Shown piece after piece: positions 1 to 12,951 of a stretch of 64,000 nt of DNA. The stretch is from the NCBI GenBank assembly GCA_963776955.1, contig CAVZOM010000003.1, positions 176,544-240,543 on the forward strand. Direction: 5' to 3'. The notes beneath the pieces were generated by a model. It saw only the letters and a list, made by a program, of their open reading frames with translations. It was not told where the DNA came from and did not search any database. Each line of letters begins with the position of its first letter. Positions within the stretch are counted from its first letter, which is position 1. This stretch comes from an uncultured Actinomycetes bacterium (GTDB taxonomy: Bacteria > Actinomycetota > Thermoleophilia > Gaiellales > Gaiellaceae). A program made the translations under genes and the position numbers.

Positions 1-1302
1 GGCTTGGCGAGCTTGGCGTAGTACGCGCCGGAAGCTGTGTGGAGTGGGAACCCGCGGACCTCCACATCGAGCCCGATCTCTGCAAGCTGTCGCGCGATGA
101 TGCGCCCGACCGCCATCGGTAGCGGGGTGCTGTTCGTGTAGAGCACGACCTTGCCGCCTCGCAGGTTGCCGCGGGCGAGCGCGCGCGCCTTCGCCAGATC
201 AGCACGCTCGAGCGGGATAGATGTTCGCGTCTTTGAAGCCGGGCATGCTCGACGGGAGATACTGGTCGGTAGGGACGCTGGCGCGGGGATCGCTCGCGCC
301 GTCGATGATCGCGCGACGATTGAGCGCGAAGTTGACTGCCTTGCGGAGGTTTGGGTTGTTCCGGAACACCGGTCGTGCCGAGTTGAGCGCGAGGATTCGC
401 AGGGTGAAGCCGGGCCTGACGAAGAACCGCGAGCGGTTGATCCCGTACTTCGCGACGATCCCGAGACTCGGATCGAAATAGACCCCGGCAGTCATGAAGC
501 CCCAGTCGGCCTCGCCGCGGTCGACGCGAGCGACGACCTCCTGTGGCTTATCTGCGCGAAGGTCGATGTCGAAGCCGTCGACGTGGTGGGGCCGGTTCCC
601 GCGGTAGAAACGGTTCTGTCGGAGCACGACCCGCTCACCGGGGCGGTACTGCGCGACGTAGTAGGGGCCGGCGGCCGGGAAGTTGCTGACGCCTTCCGGG
701 TCTGCTGGCAGCGTCGGCGGCACCGCGCAGAGGAAGGTCGTCGTCGTGCGGTGCAGGAAGTCAGGCGCGGGCCGGACGAACTTGATTACGAGCTTGTTCC
801 CACGGGCGACGACGCCTTTGGCGGTCTTCCTCTTGCCGGCGAGCACGTCGGCGGCTCCGAGGATGTCACGCGTGTGTTGCGCGCCGGGTGAGAGCGTCGG
901 CGAGTTGATCTCGGGCGCGAGTGTTCGATGGATCGCCCGGGCGAAGGCGCTCGCCCGGACCGGCGTGCCGTCGCTGAAGCGGAAATTCTTACGCAGAGTG
1001 AACGTGTAGGTCTTTCGGTCGCGTGAGATTCGGACACCGGTCGCCACCTCCGGCTTGAAGCGGTATGCCTCGGGGGGCGGCTTGTCCGGGTAGGCGAACA
1101 AGCGCGCACACGTCGTGTCGAGAACCGCCCAACCGGGCACGGAGGACGCCAGCGCCGGGTCGACGTAGTCGAGCCCCGACGTCGCGTGGAAGACGATCCG
1201 AAAGATCCCACCCTCACGCATGGTCTCCCGCGAGCCGGTTGTTCCCGGCTGGGCGGCGATGAGCAGGAGAGCCCCGCTAATCGCTAGGACGGACAGCAAC
1301 AC
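1..1302 (-). CDS. ABC transporter substrate-binding protein, family 5 (peptide/nickel type). The C-terminus runs off the window and there is an apparent frame change near 215.
   Basis: ORF 199..1302 (-) starts with the signal-like 'LLSVLAISGALLLIAAQ' and has a family-5 SBP-like body. The reverse complement of 1..215 in another frame reads '...DLAKARALARGNLRGGKVVLYTNSTPLPMAVGRIIARQLAEIGLDVEV', a typical continuation. Confidence 0.75.
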
Positions 1303-1438
1303 CTTGGGCCGCAGGATGTGCTCCTTCGTTGGTGGTCAGACTTGGTAAGCCTAGAACAGCTTCGGGCCTGCTTACTAGACGCGCAGAACACGCTCTAGCT
1401 TCCCCAGGCGGGGTCCCGCGACGAGATGATGGGCGCCT

Positions 1439-2156
1439 GTGAGGCTCAAGTTGACGCTCGAATACGAAGGGTCGCGGTTCCGCGGCTGGGCGACGCAGCC
1501 GAACCTGAGGACCGTGGAGGGAGTCGTGCGCGAGGCCCTGGGCTGGGTGTACGGCAGGTACGAAAACCTCTCCGTTGCAGGGAGAACGGATACCGGCGTC
1601 CACGCGCTGGGGCAGGTGGCGACGCGTCGACGTCGAGGGCGGCCCGCCGATCGAGCACGGTGCGAAGGCGCTCAACACCGCCTTACCCGACGACGTCGCA
1701 GTGATCGCGGCGGAGGAGGTAGGCCCCGACTTTCATGCCCGGCACTCGGCGACGGCGCGGAGCTATCGCTACCGCATCTGGCGTCGCGACACGCCTTCGG
1801 CGTTCGAGCAGAACCGCAGCTACTGGTATCCGCATCCGCTCGACTACGACGCGCTCGCCGACTGCGCCGACCTCCTGATCGGCGAGCACGACTTCCGTGC
1901 CTTCACGCCGGCCGTGACGCAGCACAAGGTGTTCACCCGCCAGGTGCGAGAGGTCGCGTGGTTCGAGCGCGGCGACGCCCTCGAGCTCGAGATCACCGCC
2001 GGCAGCTTCCTCCGCCACATGGTGCGAACCCTCGTCGGCACGATGCTCGAGAAGTCACCGGAAGAGCTGGCCGGCCTCCTCGAAGGCGCCCCGCGCGACG
2101 CCGCCGGCACGACGGCGCCCGCGCAGGGCCTCTACCTCGTCACCGTCGAGTACTAG
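1439..2156 (+). CDS. truA: tRNA pseudouridine(38-40) synthase TruA, with an apparent frame change near 1620
   Basis: The 1439 ORF gives '[20 protein letters not shown]...[14 protein letters not shown]'. ORF 1575..2156 continues with '[18 protein letters not shown]', 'FRAFT' and '[14 protein letters not shown]'. Confidence 0.85.
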
Positions 2157-2533
2157 CGCGCAGAGACTCCCCTCAGTGCGATCAGGAGCTCCTGGTGTCG
2201 CCGCTCCTCGTCGGGCATCCCCTCCTCTGCAGAGCCGCGCATCCGTGTGACCAGCGTGTTCATCGGCTTGACCACGAAGAAGAACACAGCCGCCGCAATA
2301 GCTACGAACTGGATGGCGTCGGTGATGAACGCGCCGTAGCGAAACACCGCGTCGTTGATCGTGAAGGTCAGGTCGCTGAAGTCCGGCTTGCCGATGATCA
2401 TGGCGATCACGGGCATCAGCAGGTTGTCCACGAGCGAGTTGATGAGAGCCGCAAAGGCAAGACCCATGACGAAAGCCACGGCGAGCTCGACGATGTTGCC
2501 TCGAAAGAGAAAGTCACGGAACTCTTTCAGCAT
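2153..2533 (-). CDS. mscL: Large-conductance mechanosensitive channel MscL
   Basis: Intact 126-aa ORF. '[41 protein letters not shown]' matches the canonical MscL N-terminus and TM1/TM2 layout. Confidence 0.9.
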   Translation of the reverse strand: MLKEFRDFLFRGNIVELAVAFVMGLAFAALINSLVDNLLMPVIAMIIGKPDFSDLTFTINDAVFRYGAFITDAIQFVAIAAAVFFFVVKPMNTLVTRMRGSAEEGMPDEERRHQELLIALRGVSAR

Positions 2534-2596
2534 GAAACGCTCCTCCGGGTAGACGGGAGGCTGAGTCTAGGGCGACCGAGGCGGAGCACGATCTGA

Positions 2597-4691
<2,095 letters not shown>

Positions 4692-5886
4692 TCGAGAACG
4701 CGTAGCGTCGCTTGGCGTAGCCGGACAGCGCCGAGGCGACGCTCAGCGTGCCCGGTCTTCGCCCGGACGCGACCCGCCGCCGCCGTTCCGCGCATCCGGC
4801 GGCCGAGGGTCCCGCTCCGCCCCGCGACCGGCAGCGACGGCGATCAGGATCTCGCGTAGGTCCTGGTCGAGCCAGCTCGACTGGAGCATCCCCACGACCG
4901 AGGCAGCCGTCAGCCGGTCGAGCCGCGAGAGCCCCGAGCCGTCCACGATGCGCACGCCCGCGAGCGGGATCTGCTGCTCGGCCGAGGAGCCGGTGCACGA
5001 CCTCGGCCCCGGCGGCGGTCGTGCCCTGGAGCGCGAAGCCGGCGCCGAGCTGCTTGAGGAGGATCTCGGCGGTGAAGTTGTCGCTCTCGTGGTCCATGAA
5101 GCGGAGGATCTGCTCGAGCGGCACCGACTCGGTCGTCGCGAGCGGGACCGCCGTCGGCGTCGGCTGTTCCGGTCATCGCCCGCCCGGCTACCGAGATCCC
5201 GGCACGCAGCGAGCGCTGCTCGGAACGACAGCGCAGCGGCCAAGCGCCGGGTCGCGCGTGACGCGGCCCCGGTAGCGGGCGCGGTCGACGGTCAAGCGCC
5301 GAGAGCGGCGCCGACTCGTTGATGAAGTACCACGGCTTCCAGCCCGGAGCCATCCGCTTCGCGTCGAAGAACGACTCGTCGCCGACGATCTGCCCGCTCA
5401 CGCGCCGGATGCCCTGCGCGTGGAGCTGCGAGGCGAGCTTGAGCAGGTCGAGCGTCGACAGCATCGGGTCGCCGTAGCCCTTGAGGACGATGTCCCCGCG
5501 CCACAGCGAGCCGTCCAGCTCGCCCTCGCCGAGCGCGTCGGTCGCGAAGCGGAAGCTCGGCCCGAGCGCGAGCAGGCAGGCGTACGTGACCGCGAGCTTC
5601 TCGTTCGAAGCGGGTATCAACGGGAGGCCGAGGTTGTGCGCGTAGACGGCCTGCCGGTGGCGAGGTCGACGGCCAACGCGCCGGTCCGGGACTTGGCGAC
5701 GTGGGGGACGGAGAGCGCCTTCGAGAGCTTTCGCGCAAGCGGCGTCGGGCCTGCGGCGGCGACAGGCGCGGCTGAGAGGAACACGGCCGCGAGAGCGACG
5801 GCCAGCGAGCCGACGGGGCACGAACTGCATTCTTCCGGACGCCCTTCAGACAGCGTCAAGTCAGGCTAGGACCCTCGGCGGAAAAG

Positions 5887-6270
5887 ATGGGCCGAGTGGC
5901 CCATAGCACTCCGGCCTTTCGCCTGACCATAATCGGTTCGCCGTGGCGCTCCGACCATCTCGACCTCGTGCAGCGGATCCGCGCGCTCCTCGACGCGAGC
6001 GCGCGAGGGCGCCGGCCTGCCTCGAAACGAGGTCGAGCCGACCCTCACCGAGGGCTATGCGCGGGCGCTCGAGCTGGAAGCGGAGTGCCTTCGCCTGGAG
6101 CACCGCATCGACCGGCTGACGCAGCGCGGTAGCCGACGGACACGAGGTTCCCGCCGGCAAGCTCTCCGCGCTCCTCCACCGCCTGCACGAGACGGAGCAG
6201 CAGACGGAGGACCTGCGCGCGCTGCTGGTCCCGCTCCGCGGCCTGGTCGCGACCGCGACCGCCGCCTGAT
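5887..6270 (+). CDS. Hypothetical small coiled-coil protein; frame uncertain
   Basis: Plus-strand frames read 'HLDLVQRIRALLDAS', 'EVEPTLTEGYARALELEAECLRLEHRIDRLTQ' and 'KLSALLHRLHETEQQTEDLRALLVPLRGLVATATAA*'. These are heptad-like and join only with frame changes. No recognisable family. Confidence 0.3.
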
Positions 6271-6272
6271 AG

Positions 6273-6323
6273 TCGAAGAAAGTCCGGTGCGCGCTACGCG
6301 CGCACCATGACGACTTTCTTCGA
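6273..6323. terminator. Long interrupted inverted repeat, a candidate bidirectional terminator between convergent genes
   Basis: TCGAAGAAAGTC (6273-6284) pairs with GACTTTCTTCGA (6312-6323). Inner arms GGTGCGCGC/GCGCGCACC surround a TAC loop. No U-run follows. Confidence 0.35.
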
Positions 6324-6463
6324 GAGTTGTCCTCGAGGGACTGCGGTAGTGTGCGGAGTCGGGCAAAGCCCGCCTCCGCGGCGGCTCATGATCCCCACAC
6401 GAAGCGGAGTTCCCACGACTAGACACGAAGATCGGCTGAACAGTGTCGGTAGGCCCGCCGGAT

Positions 6464-7145
6464 CTAGACGATGCCGGACCGAACGGCGTAGACCGCCGCC
6501 TGGATGCGGTTCTCGATCTGCAGCTTCATGAGGATGTTCGAGATGTGGTTCTTGACCGTCTTCGGGCTGATGTGCAGCGCCTCGGCGATCTGCGAGTTGT
6601 CCTTGCCGTTCGCGATCAGGCGCAGCACCTCGAGCTCGCGCTCCGAGAGCTCGGCGCGGATCCGCTCCGCTCCCTGGTCGAGCGTGACCGCCCGCATCCG
6701 CTGCAGCACCTTGGCCGCGATCGGGCGGTGAGATCAGCGACTCGCCGACCGCGGCGGACGTGATCCCGCGGATCAGCTCCTGGATCGAGGAGTCCTTGAC
6801 GAGGTACCCGCAGGCGCCGGCCACGATCGCATCCATGACGTCTTCGTCCTGATCCGAGATCGTGAGCACGACGACGCGCGTCAGCGGGGCGAACGACGTG
6901 ATCTCGCGGGTCGCGTCGACCCCGCTCATCCCCGGCATGTTCAGGTCCATGACGACGACGTCCGGCGCCACCTCGCGCACGCAGCGGATCGCGTCCTGCC
7001 CGTTCGCCGCCTCGCCGACGATCTGAACTCCCTGCTCCTCGAGCAGGTTCCGAAGGCCCGTCCGGAACAGGTCGTGGTCGTCCACGAGCAGGACTCGGAG
7101 GCCGTTGTCGTCGTTCTTGGCCTTCTCCCTGGCCTTCTGGCTCAC
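6464..7145 (-). CDS. Two-component response regulator, NarL/LuxR family, with an apparent frame change near 6715. No kinase gene is adjacent.
   Basis: The receiver domain '[14 protein letters not shown]...[13 protein letters not shown]' is in ORF 6294..7145. The LuxR HTH '[43 protein letters not shown]' is in ORF 6464..6709. Confidence 0.85.
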
Positions 7146-7175
7146 AGCATCGCTCCCTGCGGACTCCGGTTCGAG

Positions 7176-8172
7176 CTAGTGAAGCGTAATCGAGACCGTC
7201 CTGGTGCCCCACGCGAGCGCTTCCGCTCGCGTCGGGAACCAGACGTCGATGTCGCGCTCCGACCACAGCGCCGCCGGTGTCGGCGGCGACACCCTCACCG
7301 TAGCCGGGAATCGTCATCCTCGTGCCGAGAGGGATCACGCTCGGGTCGACGGCGACGATGCCGTAGCCCACGGAGACGCCTGTCGCTGTCCGTCCCGTGA
7401 GCGAGTAGCCAGTTGCGGTGACCGTCAGCGTGCGCCCGCCCTGCGACCGGCCATGGGCGGGCGGCTTGCGCCGCGGCGAGCTCGCGGGCCTGGGACTCGA
7501 GGGACGAGATCGCTGAGGAGTTCGAGCTTCGCTCGGCTCTGAACGAGGCGAGCCTCGCCGCCTGCTCTCGGCGGGCGGCCTCGAGCGCAGCCAGCGTCGC
7601 CGCCGTGGCGGCCTCGGCACGCCGAGCCTGCGCCTCCCGGGCTGCAAGGCGCTGCGTGGCCGCGATCAGGCTGTGCCCGGGCAGACTTCGCCTGCTCGAT
7701 CACGAGCCTGGTCCTGGCGCGCGACGCGATCGATGTTGCTCCAGCCCGCTGATCGCCTCGTCGATCGACTGGGCGCCGACGAGGACGGCCATCGGATCGG
7801 CGTCACCCTGCTCGTACAGGAGGCGCACACGGTCGGCGAGGCGTTGCTGGGAGACGCGCGAGCGTCCGTCGGGCGAGCCGCAGGCTCTGGTCGGCCTCGG
7901 CGCGCTCCTCCGCGATCGAACTGCGTCCGCGCCTGAAGGCGGACGAGCCCGGCTCGAGTCTGCTCGAGTCGCGTGCCGAGCGAGACCGAGCTCAGCCAGG
8001 CCGCTTGCGCCTGTCCTGCGAGGGCGGCGTTCTCGTCGCGCAGCGATCGGGCGCGCTCCCGCAGGTCCGACGAGGACTCTGCGCCGCTCGCGGCTGGGAG
8101 CTGCATGGCGGCGAGAGCGGCGACGCATGCAGCAGCGACCCCTGCCCGCAAGGCAGTACCTGGCTCTCCCAC
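7176..8172 (-). CDS. Secreted coiled-coil protein with a C-terminal 3D (MltA/RlpA-like) cell-wall-binding or lytic domain; several frame changes
   Basis: N-terminus '[23 protein letters not shown]' is followed by heptad-rich segments. The C-terminus reads '[56 protein letters not shown]' then '[25 protein letters not shown]'. Confidence 0.6.
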
Positions 8173-8368
8173 GGCCGCGGAAAGCTAACAGGATCGCGCT
8201 GCCGACACTCGGTCGGGCCCTGACTCGGAGATTTGTGCAGGTTGGCACGGCTCGACGTCGAGGCCGTTTGCGGGCGTCCGTCGCCGTTGTTAGTCTGCCG
8301 CACTCGTGACGTACCGGCCCCCTTCCGGTGCGCCCGTCGTGGCCGGGAAACGCACTTCGTCCGGCTCA

Positions 8369-9452
8369 TTGATTCGGCAGGCGCGATTGTGGTGGTATCC
8401 TCGTCCTGGTGGCTCTCGTGGCCGCCCCGGCGGCGCATGCCACGCCATCGGTCTCTTCGAAGGCAGGCGCAGGCGCAGAGCGTCCTCGCTCAGATCCAGG
8501 GGCTCGACGCGAACCTCGAGCGGGCGGTCGACGCGTACAACCTCGCCAACGAGAAGCTCGGCCAGATCCAGAGCGACCTGCGGGAGAACAAGCTCGAGCT
8601 CCGGCTCGCGCGCAAGAATCTGACGCGTTCGCAGGCAGATGCTCTCCGAGCGCGCTCGTCCAGATGTACACCTCGGGCGAGCGAGGACAACGGGCTCGAG
8701 GTACTGCTCGGCGCGAGCTCGATCGACGAGCTGATCTCGCGGATCGACACGATGAACCGCGTCTCGGACCAGAGCACCGAGGTCCTGACGCAGGTGAAGA
8801 CCTACCGGAGGGCCGTCAAGGAGCGCCGAGCGCGCCTCAAGACGGCGCACGTCGAGCAGGCGAGGCTCGTCGCCGAGCGTTCGGCCCAGAAGGCGTCGAT
8901 CGAGGGCCAGCTCGCCGAGCGGCGGCAGCTGCTGTCGTCGATCAAGAGCGAGATCGCGCAGATGCAGGCGGCCGAGCAGGCGCGACAGGCCGAGCTCGCC
9001 GCACAGGCTCGGGCGCGGCTTGCGAACGCGGGCGCCACGGTCCTGAACGCGAGTGCCGGCGCCGTCGTCAATCCGCCCGACTCCTACGCGCCGCCGCCCT
9101 GCGAAGTACGGCGGAGTCGTCGGCATCGCGATGCAGTACCTGGGCATTCCGTACGTCTACGGCGAGGGCAAGCCCGTCGGGCTTCGACTGCTCGGGGTTC
9201 GTCATGTACGTCTTCGCGCAGGTCGGCGTCTCGCTGCCGCACAACGCGGCGGCCCAGTACGGGTACGGGATGCCCGTCTCGCGAGACCAGCTCCAGCCGG
9301 GTGACCTGGTCTTCTTCAACGGGCTCGGGCACGACGGGATCTACATCGGCGGCGGCCAGTTCATCCACTCGCCGCACACGGGCGACGTCGTGAAGATCTC
9401 GAGCATCTCCGGCTGGTACTCGTCGACGTGGGTCGGCGCGCGGCGGCTCTAG
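8369..9452 (+). CDS. Secreted coiled-coil NlpC/P60 peptidoglycan endopeptidase (CwlO/RipA-like architecture); several frame changes
   Basis: Signal-like 'ILVLVALVAAPAAHA' is followed by a long coiled coil ('LAQIQGLDANLERAVDAYNLANEKLGQIQSDL...'). The C-terminus reads 'YGGVVGIAMQYLGIPYVYG..SGFDCSGFVMYVFAQVGVSLPHNAAAQY...GDLVFFNGLGHDGIYIGGGQFIHSPHTGDVV', giving the Cys-His catalytic pair. Confidence 0.75.
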
Positions 9453-9466
9453 GGTTCCTGCGCGAG

Positions 9467-9954
9467 CTAGTGGTAGGCGTGCACCACTGCGCGTCCTTTG
9501 CCGCGCGCGGATCATCGTTCGGTTGACGGCAAACGCGAACGGCCACGCGATCACGAAGCCGCCGAGTAGCGGCGCCCAGAAGCGCAGGTCACCGAGACCG
9601 GCTTCCAGCGCGCCGGGGACGAGAAGCATGAACGCGTTGTCGATCAGTTCCATGATCGCGATCGACACGGTGTCCGCGGCCAGCGCGATCGGGACGATCG
9701 CCGCGAGGGGCAGTCCCAGCGCGGATGAGCGGCAGTGAGGCGAGCGTGTAGCCGAACAGGAAGGCGAGAGCGACGGCGAGAGCAATCGAGGCGACGTCGC
9801 CCCAGCCGAGCGCCGTCGCGATCACCATGCCCACGACCTCGCCGATGACGCAGCCGGTGAGACGATGATTCGTGGCGCTTGCGGACAGCCGGTTGAGCGA
9901 TTGCTCCCCGTGGACGCCGTGGTACTGATGCTGCTCGTGACTCATGACGGCCAA
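9467..9954 (-). CDS. DUF4396-like integral membrane protein with a His-rich N-terminus; about 2 frame changes
   Basis: Segments read 'MSHEQHQYHGVHGEQ', 'TGCVIGEVVGMVIATALGW', 'IALAADTVSIAIMELIDNAFMLLVPGALEAGL..FWAPLLGGFVIAWPFAFAVNRTMIRAR' and then 'KGRAVVHAYH*' in a third frame. Confidence 0.6.
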
Positions 9955-10000
9955 GCTACGTGCTGTGTCAAGTGATGGTTACGCTCCCAGCCTGCCGCGA

Positions 10001-10099
10001 ATGGCTCGCCCGCCTCGCATGGTGCTGTTATCCGTAGCGGCACTGCTGCTCGTCGCCATCGTCGTGTTGGCGGCTGCTCAGCTGGGCTCGCTCGTCTGA
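10001..10099 (+). CDS. Candidate micro-ORF (32 aa) encoding a single TM helix
   Basis: An ATG-initiated frame reads 'MARPPRMVLLSVAALLLVAIVVLAAAQLGSLV*'. It lies in a 400-bp stretch with no ORF of 60 aa or more in any frame. No clear SD. Confidence 0.2.
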   Translation: MARPPRMVLLSVAALLLVAIVVLAAAQLGSLV

Positions 10100-10184
10100 A
10101 CGAGACGTGAGATGTGATGCGTCAAACGCGCTGAGTTGTCTGCGAAAGGCAAGGACTACACATGCCTCCTTCAAATCCCGGGGC

Positions 10185-10286
10185 ATGACCGAGGCCACTA
10201 GGCCTCAAGGGGCCTTTGTCGTCGGCGGTCTCGTCGCTGCACTGGTCATCGTCCTCACTCGCAACAACAGTCCGGCGCCGGTCTAA
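10185..10286 (+). CDS. Candidate micro-ORF (33 aa) encoding a single TM helix
   Basis: Reads 'MTEATRPQGAFVVGGLVAALVIVLTRNNSPAPV*'. It lies in the same ORF-poor gap and has no clear SD. Confidence 0.2.
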   Translation: MTEATRPQGAFVVGGLVAALVIVLTRNNSPAPV

Positions 10287-10388
10287 CCGGAGGCCGTGGC
10301 TGGAGACCGGTAGGGCAGGTCGGCGGCGAGCCCGCGGCGTTGATCGCGCAGACCCCGCGTGAGCTCTACGCGACTGGGAACTGGCCCG

Positions 10389-10700
10389 TCAACGGACACG
10401 TGCGAAACGCTGGACAGCTCGAGGAGCTCGTCGGTCTTCTGGGCGGCCTCGGCCTCGTCGCCCGAAGATAAGCGCGCCGGCCACGCAGTGGCGAACGTGC
10501 TCGTCGAGGATCTTGAACGGCGAGCGACTCGAGCGCGGTGTTCACGGCTGAGATCTGCGTGAGGATGTCGATGCAGTAGCGGTCGTCCTCGACCATCCGC
10601 TCGATCCCCCGCACCTGGCCCTCGATCCGGTGAAGGCGTTTGACCGAGCGCTTCCTTGTCTTTTGCGTACCCGTGCGCCGTCGCGCGGCCGTCGTGTCAT
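10389..10700 (-). CDS. csoR: CsoR/RcnR-family copper-sensing repressor; about 4 frame changes in roughly 310 nt
   Basis: The minus strand reads '[10 protein letters not shown]', '[42 protein letters not shown]', '[13 protein letters not shown]' and '..VQRFARVR*'. The ATG at 10700 has GGAAGGAG 5 nt upstream and overlaps the copA stop (ATGA). Confidence 0.75.
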
Positions 10701-12830
10701 GCGACTCCTTCCTGCGTGACGCTGCGAGAAGCGCCGCAGGCGCAGGCTGTTGGTGACGACGAACAGACTCGAGGACGGCCATCGCTGCGGCCGCGATGAT
10801 CGGGTTCAGAAGCCCTGCGACCGCGAGCGGGATCGCAGCCACGTTGTAGGCGAACGCCCAGAAGAGGTTGCCCTTGATCGTGCCGAGGGTCTTGCGGGCG
10901 AGCCGGATCGCGTCGGCGGCGGCGCGCAGGTCGCCGGAGACGAGCGTGAGGTCGCTGGCCTCGATCGCGACATCGGTACCGGTCCCGATCGCGAGGCCAA
11001 GATCGGCCTGGGCCAGTGCCGGGGCGTCGTTGACGCCGTCGCCGACCATCGCGACGACCCTTCCGTCTCCTGAAGTCGCTTGACCTCTGCGACCTTGTCG
11101 TCCGGATAGCACCTCGGCGAGTACGCGCTCGATGCCGACCTCGGCGGCCACTCGCTCGGCGATCTCGCGCGAGTCACCGGTGAGAAGCACTGGTGTCGAG
11201 ACCGAGCTCTTTGAGCTCGCCGACCGCCTCGGCGCTCGTCGGCTTGACCGTGTCGCGGACGTCAGCGTCGCCCGCGCGAGCGCCGTCCCAGCGTGACCTC
11301 GATCCGTCCGTCGCGACGCGCCGACCTCGACCTCGTGGCCTTCGACGAGCCCGACGACGCCGACGCCGGGGTCGTTGCGGAACGCCTCGACCGGCGGCAG
11401 CTCGCCGATCTCCGCCCGCGCGGCCGCACGCGACGGCCTGCGGCGATCGGATGCTCGGACGCTGCCTCGACGGCGCCGGCGAGCCGCAGGACCTCGGCGC
11501 GCGTCGCGCCATTCAGCAGCGCGACCTCGACGAGCTCCATCTTGCCCTCGGTGACCGTGCCGGTCTTGTCGAGCACGATCGTGTCGACCCGCCGCGTCTG
11601 TTCGAGGATCTCCGGCCCCTTGATGAGGATGCCCATCTGGGCGCCGCGCCCGGTGCCGACCATCAGTGCGGTCGGGGTCGCGAGGCCCGAGCGCGCACGG
11701 GCAGGCGATGATCAGCACCGAGACGGCGGCCGTGAAGGCGCTGCGCGGCTGATGCGCCCGCCGAGCAACCAGCCGCCGAGCGTCGCGAGCGCGAGGACGA
11801 TCACGATCGGGACGAAGATCGCGGAGACGCGGTCGGCGAGGCGCTGGACCGGCGCCTTGCCCGACTGGCCTCGTCGACGAGACGCGCGATCTGCGCCAGC
11901 GCAGTGTCGGCGCCGACCTTCGTCGCACGGACGACGAGGCGGCCGTAGGTGTTCACCGTCGCGCCGGCGATGTCCGAGCCGGGCGCGACCTCGACCGGCA
12001 CCGATTCGCCGGTAAGCATCGACTGGTCGAGCGCTGAGGCGCCTTCCTCGACGATGCCGTCGGTGGCGATCTTCTCGCCGGGACGGACCACGAACAGATC
12101 GCCGACCTCGAGCTCGGTCGACGGGGACTAGGGTCTCGACTCCGTCCTCGAGGACGCGCGCCTCCTTCGCGCCGCGCTCGAGCAGCGCGGATCGCCTCCG
12201 AGGAGCGGCCCTTCGCGCCGCGCCTCGAGGTAGCGCCCGAGCAGGATCAGCGTCGTCACGACGGCGGCGACCTCGAAGTAGGTGTCGGTCGTCGACCCCG
12301 GCCACCAGGACAATCGTTGACCAGAGCCACGCGGCGGTCGTGCCGAGCGAGATCAGCGTGTCCATCGTCGCTGCGAAGTGGCGCGCGTTCTTGAGCGCGG
12401 CCGTGTGAAAACCGATCCCCGAGTAGAAGACCACCGGCGTCGAGAGCGCGAGCGCAAGCCACTCCCAGCCCGAGAAGCGGAGGGGAGGCACCATCGCGAG
12501 CAGCGCTACGGGCACTGTCAGCACAACAGCGAGCACCAGGCGGCGCGTGAGCGCGTTCACCGGCTCGTCGTGATGCTGATGGCCGGCCTGTGCTCCCGGC
12601 TCGACGACCCGCGCGCCGTACCCGACTGACTCGACCGCAGCGATGATCTGCGCGACGGGCGTCTCGTCGCTTCGCTGCACTGTGGCCTGCTCGGTCGCGA
12701 AGTTGACCGTCGCCTCGACGCCGTCGATGCTGTTCAGCTTCTGTTCGACACGGGCGGCGCACGACGCGCAGCTCATGCCTTCCAGGTCGAGCTTGAGCCG
12801 CGTGGGCCTGGTCTCCTCTTGCAGTCTCAC
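10697..12830 (-). CDS. copA: Copper-translocating P1B-type ATPase CopA; many frame changes
   Basis: Motifs seen: HMA '[12 protein letters not shown]', TM6 'IIACPCALG', phosphorylation site 'DKTGTVT', '[20 protein letters not shown]', C-terminal '[10 protein letters not shown]'. Pieces are spread over at least 6 minus-strand ORF fragments. The GTG at 12830 is preceded by GGAGAGGAAG. Confidence 0.9.
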
Positions 12831-12856
12831 GCTTCCTCTCCAGTCGCCTCTCCGCA

Positions 12857-12877
12857 ATATACCCTATCGGGGTATAT
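12857..12877. promoter_or_regulatory. CsoR-type operator candidate
   Basis: ATATACCC-TATCG-GGGTATAT has perfect 8-nt inverted arms. It lies 27 nt upstream of the copA GTG. This GC-rich-core, AT-flanked palindrome resembles described Gram-positive CsoR boxes. Confidence 0.6.
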
Positions 12878-12951
12878 CGCCGTGGCGCCGGCCGCCGCCC
12901 GTCATCAGTCTCGTCGGCGACAGGCAGGAGACAATCACGAGCCCCCGCCGG

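Noticed and set aside
5887-5904. Hairpin ATGGGCC-GAGT-GGCCCAT, considered as a terminator or regulatory element.
   Set aside because: It is a 7-bp stem without a U-run, lies upstream of both flanking genes and coincides with a candidate start codon. Evidence is too weak to call.
8173-8368. Possible c-di-AMP (ydaO-type) riboswitch in the leader of the NlpC/P60 or 3D-domain genes, since such riboswitches often precede actinobacterial wall hydrolases.
   Set aside because: Neither strand contains the conserved ACGGGGA, GGGGUGAAUC or CCGACAGCUAACCUCG blocks. Only scattered AGCTAAC and CCGACA strings occur, in the wrong order.
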